A stretch of DNA of 32,211 nt from a virus (IMGVR_UViG_3300042549_004104:327353-359563); one strand, 5' to 3'. Shown: positions 9,694-18,272, counted from the first letter of the stretch. Made by a program: numbers and translations. Notes: generated by a model not told the origin, from the letters alone.

Positions 9694-9805
9694 TGTCAGA
9701 GTTCTAGGCCTATATCAGAATCGGTCCTAGAGCACCTGACACACAAATGAATACTCAAGTATTCATTTTTATTAAGAAGTTATGTATAAAAAACCTTGCA
9801 AGGTT
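9694..9805. repeat. Cluster of three inverted repeats in an intergenic region
   Basis: Interrupted hairpin 9694-9741; 11-bp dyad aaatgaatact-ca-agtattcattt 9745-9768; 14-bp palindrome aaccttgcaaggtt 9792-9805. Confidence 0.65.
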
Positions 9806-9823
9806 AATACTTTACTTTTAGTT

Positions 9824-10894
9824 TCAAAAAGCATCGTACAGATGGTACGTTTTCTTTTCAATTTTTGTCAGTGTAACAGTGGTTCCGTTGTCTTGAAAAG
9901 TGAATTCACCTTTACGACCATCAACATGAATTAATGCATCAGGCTTGAAAGTCTTCCAAATGTATTCGCTGTCCTCATCATCTGGATCACTATCAAATTC
10001 AACTTCAACACCTTTTGGTTGTAGTGGATTACCTTGAAACTTGTCACGATTACCACCACTTTTAACTTCTTTACCGTTGTGTACAATTTTCATTGTATAC
10101 TCAGTACCATTATCAAACTCAGGTTTAGCGTTAAGCATTTCAAGTGCCTCTTGCGGAGATTCGTTATAGCGATTCATTTCTTCAACAATTGCCTTCAACA
10201 TGTCAAAATTGAATTCAGCAAACAAACTACCAATATTTACCATGCTGTCAATATTCTTTAGGCTTGCATCCTTAAGGTTGTCATAACAGTATTCACGGAT
10301 AAATGTTTCATCTAACCCTTTGAAATCTAACATATAGTAAATACGACCGGGCCGATTACGCATATGCTGGTCGATACGCCACTTGTCATTACAAGTCAAC
10401 ATGAACAACTTCTTAGTCGGGAACACACCATCCAACAATGTCAAAATGGCTTCTTGTTCATCACGTTCATTGTAGGTCTTTTCAAATTCATCAAACAGAA
10501 TAGCACAAGGCTGTTCAATGTTCTGAATGAAGGTGTTAAACTTATCGCCATTCCAAGGGGCATTAATAACGATTGTAGGGATACCCTGTTTAGCCAATTG
10601 GATAGAAACATTTTTAGTAAGCAATGTTTTACCACTACCTTTTTCACCGGTCATCATTACACCGGTTGCGTTATCACGATCCATAAAGGTTCGGATAATC
10701 TTGTCAGTGTGTTTTAGACAATTGCCATAGATTTTATTTGGGATAGTAAAATTATCAATACCCTCCAAGTACAATTCACCGGACATTTCATTTATCTTAA
10801 TGACATAGTTACCGGCAGGCAACAGACGATGAATGTCCATTGCCTCATCGCTAGCAACACGGTAAGTATTACCAGACTTCAAAAAATAGCTCAT
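9824..10894 (-). CDS. AAA+ family ATPase
   Basis: Walker A GEKGSGKT, Walker B ILFDEFEK, sensor TCN and RNRPGR arginine-finger region. Confidence 0.88.
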   Translation of the reverse strand: MSYFLKSGNTYRVASDEAMDIHRLLPAGNYVIKINEMSGELYLEGIDNFTIPNKIYGNCLKHTDKIIRTFMDRDNATGVMMTGEKGSGKTLLTKNVSIQLAKQGIPTIVINAPWNGDKFNTFIQNIEQPCAILFDEFEKTYNERDEQEAILTLLDGVFPTKKLFMLTCNDKWRIDQHMRNRPGRIYYMLDFKGLDETFIREYCYDNLKDASLKNIDSMVNIGSLFAEFNFDMLKAIVEEMNRYNESPQEALEMLNAKPEFDNGTEYTMKIVHNGKEVKSGGNRDKFQGNPLQPKGVEVEFDSDPDDEDSEYIWKTFKPDALIHVDGRKGEFTFQDNGTTVTLTKIEKKTYHLYDAF

Positions 10895-10903
10895 TTCACA
10901 CCT

Positions 10904-11041
10904 TTAAAAAAAATATTGCAATACTGAAAGTGTATTCAGCACAAAACAAAGACCAGCAACAAACCAAGCAAAGGAATAGGTTTCAGAATCTATAACCCAC
11001 TTAGCCGCCCATAATGCAAAGAGTAAGTTAAGTACAACCAT
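10904..11041 (-). CDS. Small membrane protein (45 aa, not in ORF track)
   Basis: Hand-translated MVVLNLLFALWAAKWVIDSETYSFAWFVAGLCFVLNTLSVLQYFF; fills the gap. Confidence 0.55.
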   Translation of the reverse strand: MVVLNLLFALWAAKWVIDSETYSFAWFVAGLCFVLNTLSVLQYFF

Positions 11042-11042
11042 A

Positions 11043-11216
11043 TTATGAATTCAATGTTGCAAAAGGACTTAATTCTTCTTCATTCGGTTCCATCTGTTCA
11101 AGTGTATCATACACCCACACAATAGGGATATCAAGCATTTTGGCGATTGTTGCAGGGTGTGTTCCTTCTTCAATCATCATTTCAATATCTAACGACAGAT
11201 CAGCCATTTTACTCAT
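11043..11216 (-). CDS. Hypothetical protein (57 aa, not in ORF track)
   Basis: Hand-translated MSKMADLSLDIEMMIEEGTHPATIAKMLDIP...; GAGGAG SD. Confidence 0.65.
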   Translation of the reverse strand: MSKMADLSLDIEMMIEEGTHPATIAKMLDIPIVWVYDTLEQMEPNEEELSPFATLNS

Positions 11217-11379
11217 TTTCTAACTCCTCAAGTCTATACTCTGCTAATTCATCAATCATGGTATCAATTGACACAAGGTGATCTTGTACAAAATCTAAAT
11301 CACCCAATGTATCAATCATTAGTTCTTTGGCTTCTTCCAATCTTTCGATTGCCAATTTCATTTTTTCTGCATTGGTCAT
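11209..11379 (-). CDS. Hypothetical acidic protein (56 aa, not in ORF track)
   Basis: Hand-translated MTNAEKMKLAIERLEEAKELMIDTLGDL...; overlaps both neighbours. Confidence 0.6.
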   Translation of the reverse strand: MTNAEKMKLAIERLEEAKELMIDTLGDLDFVQDHLVSIDTMIDELAEYRLEELENE

Positions 11380-11591
11380 TTTGAATTACTCACACTAGTT
11401 TTAAACAACAATCCACACAGTATTGCCAAGCCCCAAGCCTGCAACCAGGACACTTCACGCACCCCGTCAACTGCACCAACCAAACAATAGTTCCACAGCA
11501 TGTACACCGGCCAACTTAGTAAGAAACTAAGTAACAATAGTCCTGCAATAGCAATGACAATTGCCCCAATCATAACAGCAATTTTTTCCAT
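11376..11591 (-). CDS. Small membrane protein
   Basis: Two hydrophobic segments; 71 aa. Confidence 0.7.
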   Translation of the reverse strand: MEKIAVMIGAIVIAIAGLLLLSFLLSWPVYMLWNYCLVGAVDGVREVSWLQAWGLAILCGLLFKTSVSNSK

Positions 11592-11596
11592 GATTA

Positions 11597-11869
11597 TTAC
11601 TCCGAAAATTCGTACATGTATTGAGCAACGCTAGGATCCAACTTGATGAGGTCTTTAGCGGCACCAGTCAATGCACGATAACGGGCTTGCACTTGACTAC
11701 GGGGCAGTTCGCCGTCACAGGAAAGATTCTCAGGGCTCAGTGCAGAGTCAATACTTTGTGCAACACGTTTGCGACCCTCAGCCGTTTTAACTTCATAGAC
11801 CACAACGTTACCACTGAACAATGAATTCCAACTGTTTTGCTGGGAGATGTATGCGTTAAGTGCTTTCAT
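11597..11869 (-). CDS. Hypothetical protein
   Basis: 90 aa, AAAGGA SD, below the 11903-11931 promoter. Confidence 0.75.
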   Translation of the reverse strand: MKALNAYISQQNSWNSLFSGNVVVYEVKTAEGRKRVAQSIDSALSPENLSCDGELPRSQVQARYRALTGAAKDLIKLDPSVAQYMYEFSE

Positions 11870-11902
11870 TTTTGATTCCTTTAATCAACTGTTTAAGATT
11901 AT

Positions 11903-11931
11903 ATTATATACCCAAAGTGATTTATTGTCAA
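11903..11931 (-). promoter_or_regulatory. Sigma70-type promoter
   Basis: TTGACA-17-TATAAT. Confidence 0.88.
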
Positions 11932-12194
11932 GCCTTATAGGTAGAATAATTTCGGATTTTGCTTTGACGGTTGGTGTGACTTTCGTTGAATTTAATTTCA
12001 TAACCACGCACACGGAGAGCACTAATCAATATTGATAAGTCACAATCCTCTTCCAGAAATGCATTCTCACCCTTTTGATAACTGTAAGTACTAATTTTGT
12101 CGGCAATACCAAGTGTCAGTAACCTAGCTTTGGGAAAACGTGCCCAAGCATGACCGGGATCTGCAAAAACTTTGATGGAGATTTTCTTAGTCAT
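11928..12194 (-). CDS. Hypothetical protein
   Basis: 88 aa with FADPGHAW and FLEEDCD motifs; AAGGA SD. Confidence 0.72.
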   Translation of the reverse strand: MTKKISIKVFADPGHAWARFPKARLLTLGIADKISTYSYQKGENAFLEEDCDLSILISALRVRGYEIKFNESHTNRQSKIRNYSTYKA

Positions 12195-12203
12195 GTTTGT
12201 TCC

Positions 12204-12446
12204 TTAGATGTAAAAACATTCACCACGCTTATCGGCACCGATAGCATCATAGACACATTCACGAACCATTGTGTCCATTGCCTCACCAAACATGTCAGGA
12301 TTAGAATCAGCCAATTCACGCAACGCCTGAAAAGTCTGTTTCCAAGAAAGATTTTGACTTTTGGCAGTTGTCACAATACCGTGAACAGCCATGTTACCTT
12401 CGTCAGAGAACATACCATAAGTGATATCAAGTGTGATTGTAGTCAT
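12204..12446 (-). CDS. Hypothetical protein
   Basis: 80 aa, CAGGA SD, below the 12479-12507 promoter. Confidence 0.72.
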   Translation of the reverse strand: MTTITLDITYGMFSDEGNMAVHGIVTTAKSQNLSWKQTFQALRELADSNPDMFGEAMDTMVRECVYDAIGADKRGECFYI

Positions 12447-12452
12447 TTCGTT

Positions 12453-12492
12453 TCCTGTTGTTTACTGTTTAAGATTCTATTATATACCCAAA
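12453..12492 (-). repeat. 40-bp exact direct repeat, copy 2
   Basis: Identical to 9226-9265. Confidence 0.9.
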
Positions 12493-12507
12493 CTGATTTA
12501 TTGTCAA
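12479..12507 (-). promoter_or_regulatory. Sigma70-type promoter
   Basis: TTGACA-17-TATAAT. Confidence 0.88.
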
Positions 12508-12524
12508 ATTTGGGTATGTTGTTT

Positions 12525-12827
12525 TTACGCAACTTCCAACATGCTAGCTGGAACTCTCCATGTAGAACCAAACAGACTACCTGACTTTTGCTCACTCACA
12601 AGGATATACTTTCTGTTTACCTTTTTAACGGTACCAGTGACAATCATACCTGTGCGGCTATTTGTAAATTTGACAATAGTACCAACATTCATGGCACGTT
12701 TGTTTTGATTGGCAATGCTAGCACGGGCAAACTTGATAGCATCATTAATGCTATTCAGTTCATCATTGGTGAAATTACCGAACATGATAGCTTGGTTGAC
12801 TTGTTGAATCTGTGAGAGTTTTTCCAT
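12525..12827 (-). CDS. Hypothetical protein with SH3/KOW-like C-terminus (start MEKLSQ)
   Basis: AAAGGAG SD; VGTIVKF...TGTVKKVNRKYILV...WRVPASML beta-barrel-like pattern. Confidence 0.65.
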   Translation of the reverse strand: MEKLSQIQQVNQAIMFGNFTNDELNSINDAIKFARASIANQNKRAMNVGTIVKFTNSRTGMIVTGTVKKVNRKYILVSEQKSGSLFGSTWRVPASMLEVA

Positions 12828-12862
12828 TTGTCGCTCCTTTGAGTTAATCAATCAATATACGT

Positions 12863-12891
12863 AGTATATCAAACTTTGGATTTATTGTCAA
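12863..12891 (-). promoter_or_regulatory. Sigma70-type promoter
   Basis: TTGACA-17-TATACT. Confidence 0.85.
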
Positions 12892-13006
12892 CCAAAACTT
12901 CGTTTGTGACAATGACACCACCGTATGCTTTTTGATATGTTTCCGCAACTGCACGGATGAAGAAAGTGAATACTTTACCATTACTTGCAATCAACGTGAA
13001 TTTCAT
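12869..13006 (-). CDS. Hypothetical protein (45 aa, not in ORF track)
   Basis: Hand-translated MKFTLIASNGKVFTFFIRAVAETYQKAYGGVIVTNEVLVDNKSKV; AAGGA SD. Confidence 0.6.
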   Translation of the reverse strand: MKFTLIASNGKVFTFFIRAVAETYQKAYGGVIVTNEVLVDNKSKV

Positions 13007-13032
13007 ACCAATTCCTTACTGTCAATACAAGT

Positions 13033-13061
13033 ATTATATACCCAAACCGATTTATTGTCAA
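13033..13061 (-). promoter_or_regulatory. Sigma70-type promoter
   Basis: TTGACA-17-TATAAT. Confidence 0.88.
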
Positions 13062-13065
13062 CCTG

Positions 13066-13221
13066 TCAGGAATCTTGATTTTTGCGGTGTTTTTCGTTGC
13101 GTTTATACAACGTCTTATTTTGTACTACTTTTTGTTTAAAAGGCGTACCAACTTGGAACAACATCTTGTGGTGACGTTGTTTGGGTTGCTCAATAGTGAA
13201 TGATAAGAGTTCTTTTTTCAT
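13066..13221 (-). CDS. Small basic hypothetical protein (start MKKELL)
   Basis: K/R-rich 51 aa directly below the 13229-13257 promoter. Confidence 0.55.
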   Translation of the reverse strand: MKKELLSFTIEQPKQRHHKMLFQVGTPFKQKVVQNKTLYKRNEKHRKNQDS

Positions 13222-13228
13222 AGCCTTT

Positions 13229-13257
13229 AGTATAACAGAACCCTTATTTATTGTCAA
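13229..13257 (-). promoter_or_regulatory. Sigma70-type promoter
   Basis: TTGACA-17-TATACT. Confidence 0.82.
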
Positions 13258-13259
13258 AT

Positions 13260-13490
13260 TTACCGACCAGTGCTGTAGTGAGTAGCTTTTGGTCCTTTTG
13301 AAATAAAAGTTCTACCATACAAATCGCCTTGATACTCATCACTTTGAGTAGAATATTTCAGTACCAATTTGATACTTTTATTCAGACTAATACTCAACAT
13401 AACCTGAGGCTTAAACTCAAGTACGTCAGCGGTTACGGTTTGACCATTGTCAACACATTTAACTTGTGCAGTTTCATCATACCGTATCAT
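13260..13490 (-). CDS. Hypothetical protein (start MIRY)
   Basis: GGAG SD; overlaps the upstream gene end. Confidence 0.65.
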   Translation of the reverse strand: MIRYDETAQVKCVDNGQTVTADVLEFKPQVMLSISLNKSIKLVLKYSTQSDEYQGDLYGRTFISKGPKATHYSTGR

Positions 13491-13791
13491 CTTCCACTCC
13501 AAAAGTAAATTCAACACTTAGATGTTTGATTGACTTTACTGTAAAACTTCTCCACTCTTTGATATCAGTGTCAAATACTCGCATAGTAGTTTCGGATTGT
13601 TTGCGAGGTTTACTACCTTCTTTGATTTCAACTTTAGGAACAATATCTGGATTAGTTGTGCAGTTCATTACACGTTCAGTACCATCTTTTTTAGTAAAGG
13701 TAACGGTAACCGTTTCTGTTTGTAATACTCCTCGCAACCAATGGTCAAGATTGTTCCAATCTTTGTCTGTCCATTCAGTGTTGATATTCAT
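13477..13791 (-). CDS. WYL_2/DUF2693-like SH3-fold protein
   Basis: VTFTKKDGTERVMNCT...VFDTDIKEWRSF pattern. Confidence 0.65.
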   Translation of the reverse strand: MNINTEWTDKDWNNLDHWLRGVLQTETVTVTFTKKDGTERVMNCTTNPDIVPKVEIKEGSKPRKQSETTMRVFDTDIKEWRSFTVKSIKHLSVEFTFGVEDDTV

Positions 13792-14258
13792 TCTTCTTCC
13801 TGTTCTTTCCAGGTTGTAAAAAAGTTTTTGATTTTTGTCTTTTCATCCCAAGAACTACCGTAGTCATTGTCCTTATCACATAAAGCCAATGCTTCTTCTT
13901 TAGTCACAACACGATGGCTAACAATCTGTTCACCAATATGTTCTTGACTAAATTCTTTAGCTTCGTTCATTGTAACAGTATCTAATGCCCATTCGGCTTT
14001 ATCTTTACCATACTTGTCAATGCCAACGGGCACTTCGACCATATAGCGTTCACGGAATGTACTTACACATTCAACCAATACCCACTGTGTGTCTTTCTTT
14101 TCTTTCTTAGTCAAGGTAAAACTCCCATCTTTATTTGTTTTAAATTTAAGTGTATCACCGATTTCCCAACCTAGTTCATCACACATACCTTCTGGCAGCG
14201 GGAGAATCAAATCACCTGTAACAGGATCTTCTTCAATATATACTGTTTGTTTTTTCAT
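13788..14258 (-). CDS. AbrB/MazE-like DNA-binding domain fused to an unknown domain
   Basis: N-terminal GDLILPLPEGMCDELGWEIGDTLKF swapped-hairpin signature. Confidence 0.6.
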   Translation of the reverse strand: MKKQTVYIEEDPVTGDLILPLPEGMCDELGWEIGDTLKFKTNKDGSFTLTKKEKKDTQWVLVECVSTFRERYMVEVPVGIDKYGKDKAEWALDTVTMNEAKEFSQEHIGEQIVSHRVVTKEEALALCDKDNDYGSSWDEKTKIKNFFTTWKEQEEE

Positions 14259-14267
14259 TTTCTTTCC

Positions 14268-14555
14268 TTACGTTAACATACGAATTAAACCAATGGAGTC
14301 GATTGTTGTGAGCAAGAGGTAGTTCCCAAGCATACCAAACGATCGGCGAGTATAACTAGCCCAAGCGTACATAGCACAGCCTGCAATCCAGATAGGATAA
14401 AGAGCCAGTAAAGGGGGAGTTGGAACAGTGAGGGCCATTGTAATAGCACATCCAATACTAATGCCCCAAGCAACAAGCTCAACGCAAAACCGAAATTTGT
14501 TAGTTTTGTAATCACTCTTTATCCAATCAATAATACCAAATAAAATGTTGTTCAT
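14268..14555 (-). CDS. Membrane protein
   Basis: Three hydrophobic segments in 95 aa. Confidence 0.7.
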   Translation of the reverse strand: MNNILFGIIDWIKSDYKTNKFRFCVELVAWGISIGCAITMALTVPTPPLLALYPIWIAGCAMYAWASYTRRSFGMLGNYLLLTTIDSIGLIRMLT

Positions 14556-15109
14556 CCAACGTCTACTGCGTAATCTTCTGCTAACTTTTTACGGTCATGT
14601 TCATCAATAGCAGTACGCAATACTTTCTCAACCATTTGGTTCAGTGTAATATCACGTTTGTGCGCTTCCATGCACAATTGTAACATAACATCATTTTCTA
14701 ATTCAATAGGTACTTGAACACGTTTATCAAAATCTTCAATGCCATTAAAGATTGCCTTTGCTTTTTCTAAAAAGTCTTCCTCAGTCTCAAGGTCTACCCA
14801 CTTAACATCATCCCATGCTTTGCGCCATTTGACCTTGCGTGACTTAGCCTCAGCTATCATAGCATCTTTATGTTCGGGATTCAACCAACGATAAGGTTTC
14901 ATATCTTTATCTTCACCAAACCAATTATTTGTTTTGATGGTCACGTCTGCCTCATAAATTTCTTGTGTCTCAGTACTGTAAAGTACAGACACATAGGCAA
15001 ATTTGCTTTCGTAATTTAAATATCTTGCGTTTGGATAGCAGTTCCAACCATACTCGCTACCTTCAATAATTTGATGGTCTGTTATTTCATTTACTTGTTT
15101 TAAGTGCAT
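14552..15109 (-). CDS. Hypothetical protein with C-terminal ribbon-helix-helix/HicB-like motif (start MHLKQ)
   Basis: AAGGA SD; VPIEL...EAHKRDITLNQMVEKVL pattern. Confidence 0.6.
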   Translation of the reverse strand: MHLKQVNEITDHQIIEGSEYGWNCYPNARYLNYESKFAYVSVLYSTETQEIYEADVTIKTNNWFGEDKDMKPYRWLNPEHKDAMIAEAKSRKVKWRKAWDDVKWVDLETEEDFLEKAKAIFNGIEDFDKRVQVPIELENDVMLQLCMEAHKRDITLNQMVEKVLRTAIDEHDRKKLAEDYAVDVG

Positions 15110-15305
15110 TTTCTTTTTCCTTATAATAGTCAATAATAGGTTCAATGTTGTTATTATATATTTGTTCCATTGTTTTGTAAAGCATTTTGGCATCCTGCTC
15201 AGTCATACCTGACGTCCAGGGAGGATCATTGTCTGTTTTACGCAACCCATAATCGTGTCTGTACGTCATACACATATCATGTATAATTTGTTCTTTAGTT
15301 ATCAT
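15087..15305 (-). CDS. Hypothetical protein (start MITKEQ)
   Basis: Overlap-coupled ORF in the operon. Confidence 0.65.
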   Translation of the reverse strand: MITKEQIIHDMCMTYRHDYGLRKTDNDPPWTSGMTEQDAKMLYKTMEQIYNNNIEPIIDYYKEKENALKTSK

Positions 15306-15519
15306 GTAGCTTTTTACATTCATTAATTACAAAAGTTGGATAATTTTCTTTCATTGATAGTACAGTTGGGCAATGAAATTCAACAGTAATAGATTCGGCA
15401 TCATAATTATCTTTGGTTATAAAACTCCATGCCAATTGTAATACAAATACTACTCCTATCACAACTAAAATAGGAGATAACAAACTAGCGAAACGGCTGG
15501 GGCCGGGAAAATTATACAT
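15295..15519 (-). CDS. Single-pass membrane protein
   Basis: N-terminal hydrophobic helix; AAGGAAG SD. Confidence 0.65.
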   Translation of the reverse strand: MYNFPGPSRFASLLSPILVVIGVVFVLQLAWSFITKDNYDAESITVEFHCPTVLSMKENYPTFVINECKKLHDN

Positions 15520-15779
15520 TATACTTCCTTATCAATGTTAGTACCCTTCATTTTGAAGGAATTTTGCTGTGCCTGTTCGTAATAGATACCATCTATTAAT
15601 TTCTGAAATTGTTCGTGCATAAATTTGTTACGTTCTAATTTATATTCTTTAATTTTGTCGTCCATTGTTGATTTGGTTTGAAATTCCCGATGCTGTCGTT
15701 CTATATTATCTAATACCGCTTTTTGATTACGTATATTGTCAAGTACTAATCTTGCATTATCTTGTGGACTGATTTTCAT
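15519..15779 (-). CDS. Hypothetical coiled-coil protein
   Basis: Helical, charged ORF; start uncertain (15779 or 15803). Confidence 0.6.
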   Translation of the reverse strand: MKISPQDNARLVLDNIRNQKAVLDNIERQHREFQTKSTMDDKIKEYKLERNKFMHEQFQKLIDGIYYEQAQQNSFKMKGTNIDKEV

Positions 15780-16053
15780 GTGTTGCCCAATCGTTTTTGT
15801 CATAATCCCAATGTCTACTATCGTATAGCTGAAACATTAATTCGTATCCAAGCAAACCCAATTCAAGTTTAATACCTGCATGGTCATATTGTCTTGTCCA
15901 GTTCAACTGTAAATTCAATAGATGTAAGTTATCATTGATAAATTGAATTTCAAAAAATTTGTTTTTGATAGGAGTCTTCCATGTACGATAAAACAATGTT
16001 TTGAATTTGTCATTCGACCAAGGATATCCGATTGCGAAGGTTAAATTAATCAT
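15757..16053 (-). CDS. Hypothetical protein
   Basis: 98 aa directly below the 16060-16088 promoter. Confidence 0.65.
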   Translation of the reverse strand: MINLTFAIGYPWSNDKFKTLFYRTWKTPIKNKFFEIQFINDNLHLLNLQLNWTRQYDHAGIKLELGLLGYELMFQLYDSRHWDYDKNDWATHENQSTR

Positions 16054-16059
16054 GTAGTT

Positions 16060-16088
16060 ATAATAACATGAATTTGATTTAAAGTCAA
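16060..16088 (-). promoter_or_regulatory. Sigma70-type promoter
   Basis: TTGACT-17-TATTAT. Confidence 0.6.
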
Positions 16089-16097
16089 ATATTTTGG

Positions 16098-16235
16098 TTA
16101 TGTGAGAAGGTTGTTGATAGTGTTTATTGCTATTCGGACAGTGTCCAAATTTAAATTTAATCTGGATGATATTTCAAACATGTCCAAATTCCTTGTTAGT
16201 AGTTCCCTAACTTGCAATAGTGTATCTCTGTGCAT
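16098..16235 (-). CDS. Small HTH-like protein (45 aa, not in ORF track)
   Basis: Hand-translated MHRDTLLQVRELLTRNLDMFEISSRLNLNLDTVRIAINTINNLLT; GAGG SD. Confidence 0.5.
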   Translation of the reverse strand: MHRDTLLQVRELLTRNLDMFEISSRLNLNLDTVRIAINTINNLLT

Positions 16236-16271
16236 ATATATTTAACGCCTCAAGGTCGAGTTCCGTTGACA

Positions 16272-16553
16272 TTACATTTTCAACATTGCCCACATTGCTG
16301 TTTTTTCTAAATCAGTTTGAAACTCTGGATAGATTTTATCTAAATCTGATTTAGGGATATTCTTGTACCCTTTACTTTCTTTTTTAAGAAACATGTCCTC
16401 AGCCTCCCAAATTCCTGCTATAACCATTTTTGTTTGTAGTTTAGCTCCTCGGCGCCCCCAAAATGTCATACACTTAGTTCCATCTAATCGGAGAATGCCC
16501 CACACTTTATCGTGATTATCTTTTTTACACCAACCAATATATTCGTATTTCAT
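16272..16553 (-). CDS. WGR-domain-like protein
   Basis: TFWGRRGAKLQTK...KKESKGY signature. Confidence 0.65.
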   Translation of the reverse strand: MKYEYIGWCKKDNHDKVWGILRLDGTKCMTFWGRRGAKLQTKMVIAGIWEAEDMFLKKESKGYKNIPKSDLDKIYPEFQTDLEKTAMWAMLKM

Positions 16554-16918
16554 TCTTCAATTTCCTCTACTGGTTTATCAGGGATATTTTCTGTATCACC
16601 GTCATTAGCAAACACAAACCCCATACTTGCCATTGTTTCCATTTCAGCAGGTGTGCAGTGGGCACGAAACACAAATAATCGCAATGTGAGATTGTCCTTA
16701 CTATAGTAGATTCTATAACTAACCCGTTCCACATTCAATACTTGAGCAAGATCGACTCCATTAAAACTTTCGGGCCAGTCATCATCAACGCTATTACGTG
16801 TCTTTTCAAAATAAAAATCTTGCATACGGTGTGTGGCCGCTATCTTGGCGTCCGCTAGCTTTTGCTCACACCATGCAATCTTGCGGTCCAGCATTTCTGT
16901 TGTAATTTCATTGGTCAT
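16550..16918 (-). CDS. Hypothetical protein
   Basis: 122 aa, AAGGA SD. Confidence 0.7.
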   Translation of the reverse strand: MTNEITTEMLDRKIAWCEQKLADAKIAATHRMQDFYFEKTRNSVDDDWPESFNGVDLAQVLNVERVSYRIYYSKDNLTLRLFVFRAHCTPAEMETMASMGFVFANDGDTENIPDKPVEEIEE

Positions 16919-16939
16919 TCTTTTGGTTCCTTAGTTAAT

Positions 16940-17203
16940 TCAGCTAAAAACAAATATCCAGGCATTGATAATAAACCAAACTGTTGCACAAGACATAATC
17001 ACAATCAATGCATCCAGTGCAATGATTTCGGGTCCAGGGGGCTTAGGACCATATTGCTTGACCCAAGAAGCCTGACTAAGAGGTTTTACTTCTGCTGGAC
17101 CTAAATGTAAATCAGCGGGTTTTATTGCCTTAAACTCATTCATTATTTCATCGGTCATGTCCGGCAAGTCATCATTAAAATCATCTTTTGTACTCATGTT
17201 CAT
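16940..17203 (-). CDS. Hypothetical protein with C-terminal TM helix
   Basis: Acidic N-terminus, hydrophobic C-terminus. Confidence 0.6.
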   Translation of the reverse strand: MNMSTKDDFNDDLPDMTDEIMNEFKAIKPADLHLGPAEVKPLSQASWVKQYGPKPPGPEIIALDALIVIMSCATVWFIINAWIFVFS

Positions 17204-17421
17204 ATCGGATCCTTAATTCCAAAGTGGATATCTTGGAGGCATTGTGCCGCATCATCATAGCCGTTGCTACGCAGAGTCCGAATGTTGTCTTGAACAATCA
17301 ACTCGGCGAACTTTTTGACCTTATCATCATTGATGACAGATTTAGAAAATGTAGGATCATAATATGTTTTATATTCAAACACATCAGCCTGTTCAGCAAG
17401 TTTTTTAAGATTTTCATTCAT
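17200..17421 (-). CDS. Phage hypothetical protein (KFAELIV family), paralog 1
   Basis: MNE.L..LA...KFAELIV; shares a 23-nt exact repeat with the next gene. Confidence 0.72.
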   Translation of the reverse strand: MNENLKKLAEQADVFEYKTYYDPTFSKSVINDDKVKKFAELIVQDNIRTLRSNGYDDAAQCLQDIHFGIKDPI

Positions 17422-17669
17422 TCTTCAACTCCGAAATGTTCTTTGATCGTTTTAGCACACTCTCTTTGTCCTTCACGGACTGCTTCATTTGCCTTGACAC
17501 TATCTAACCAATCACTGCATGTGTCAGCACGATGATTGATAATATCAGCACATTTAAGAACAATCAACTCGGCGAACTTTTCTACATCAAATCCAAGGGC
17601 TCTCATCGCCGCCTTGTTTATCATGTCATAGCCAGCAGCCTTTGCCAGTGTCTCAATTCGCTCGTTCAT
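17418..17669 (-). CDS. Phage hypothetical protein (KFAELIV family), paralog 2
   Basis: MNE.I..LA...KFAELIV...IKEHFGVE. Confidence 0.72.
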   Translation of the reverse strand: MNERIETLAKAAGYDMINKAAMRALGFDVEKFAELIVLKCADIINHRADTCSDWLDSVKANEAVREGQRECAKTIKEHFGVEE

Positions 17670-18007
17670 TATTTTACTCCGAATGTGTTTAATGCTGGTT
17701 GCAATGTGTTAATCAATTCTGTCTCACGTGCATGAGCAGGACGCTTGCCTCGTACAATTTCAACAACGCCGAATACAAAACGCTCGGCACCTTGTTCACG
17801 CAAGGCACGTGACAAACCCCAATCTTTGTTCTCAGTCACGGCACGTTGCATGTGTTTTTGCATGCGGCGTGTCAATGTCTTGCGAACATTACCTGCGTAG
17901 CAAACAGCAGTCAGACCAATGTAATACTCAAGTGTTACAGTATCTTGAATGTAATATATCACTTGATTGCGGTCTGTTCTGCGTTTGCGGGTGATTTTCG
18001 AGTTCAT
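17669..18007 (-). CDS. GIY-YIG family nuclease (stand-alone catalytic domain)
   Basis: VIYYIQ...YYIGLT, RRMQKH, E..LIN...PALN. Confidence 0.75.
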   Translation of the reverse strand: MNSKITRKRRTDRNQVIYYIQDTVTLEYYIGLTAVCYAGNVRKTLTRRMQKHMQRAVTENKDWGLSRALREQGAERFVFGVVEIVRGKRPAHARETELINTLQPALNTFGVK

Positions 18008-18013
18008 GTAAGT

Positions 18014-18042
18014 ATTATATACCCAATGTGATTTATTGTCAA
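18014..18042 (-). promoter_or_regulatory. Sigma70-type promoter
   Basis: TTGACA-17-TATAAT. Confidence 0.88.
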
Positions 18043-18059
18043 CTATTGGGTATACTACT

Positions 18060-18272
18060 TTACTCTACATATCCCATGAACATTTCAATGTCGTACCAAG
18101 CTACTGCTTTAGTATTCAATTCATAAACAAGCACAGGGTATGCATTAGTATTAACTTTATCAAAGTTAACAAGTTTCTCAAAATTAGATTGAGACAGTTC
18201 TTCATCAGACTGGTCCATGAAAGTCACAAACGCTTTGTTAGTGTTCACAAACATATCAATATCGTAAGACAT
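18060..18272 (-). CDS. Hypothetical protein (start MSYD)
   Basis: AAGGG SD; below the 18302-18330 promoter. Confidence 0.65.
   Translation of the reverse strand: MSYDIDMFVNTNKAFVTFMDQSDEELSQSNFEKLVNFDKVNTNAYPVLVYELNTKAVAWYDIEMFMGYVE

Noticed and set aside
8694-15193. Long N-terminal extensions in the ORF track (e.g. starts at 8780, 9368, 12851, 13257, 15193; also 20631 and 27865)
   Set aside because: They run through promoters, upstream genes or tRNAs; internal ATGs have clear SD sequences or translational coupling.
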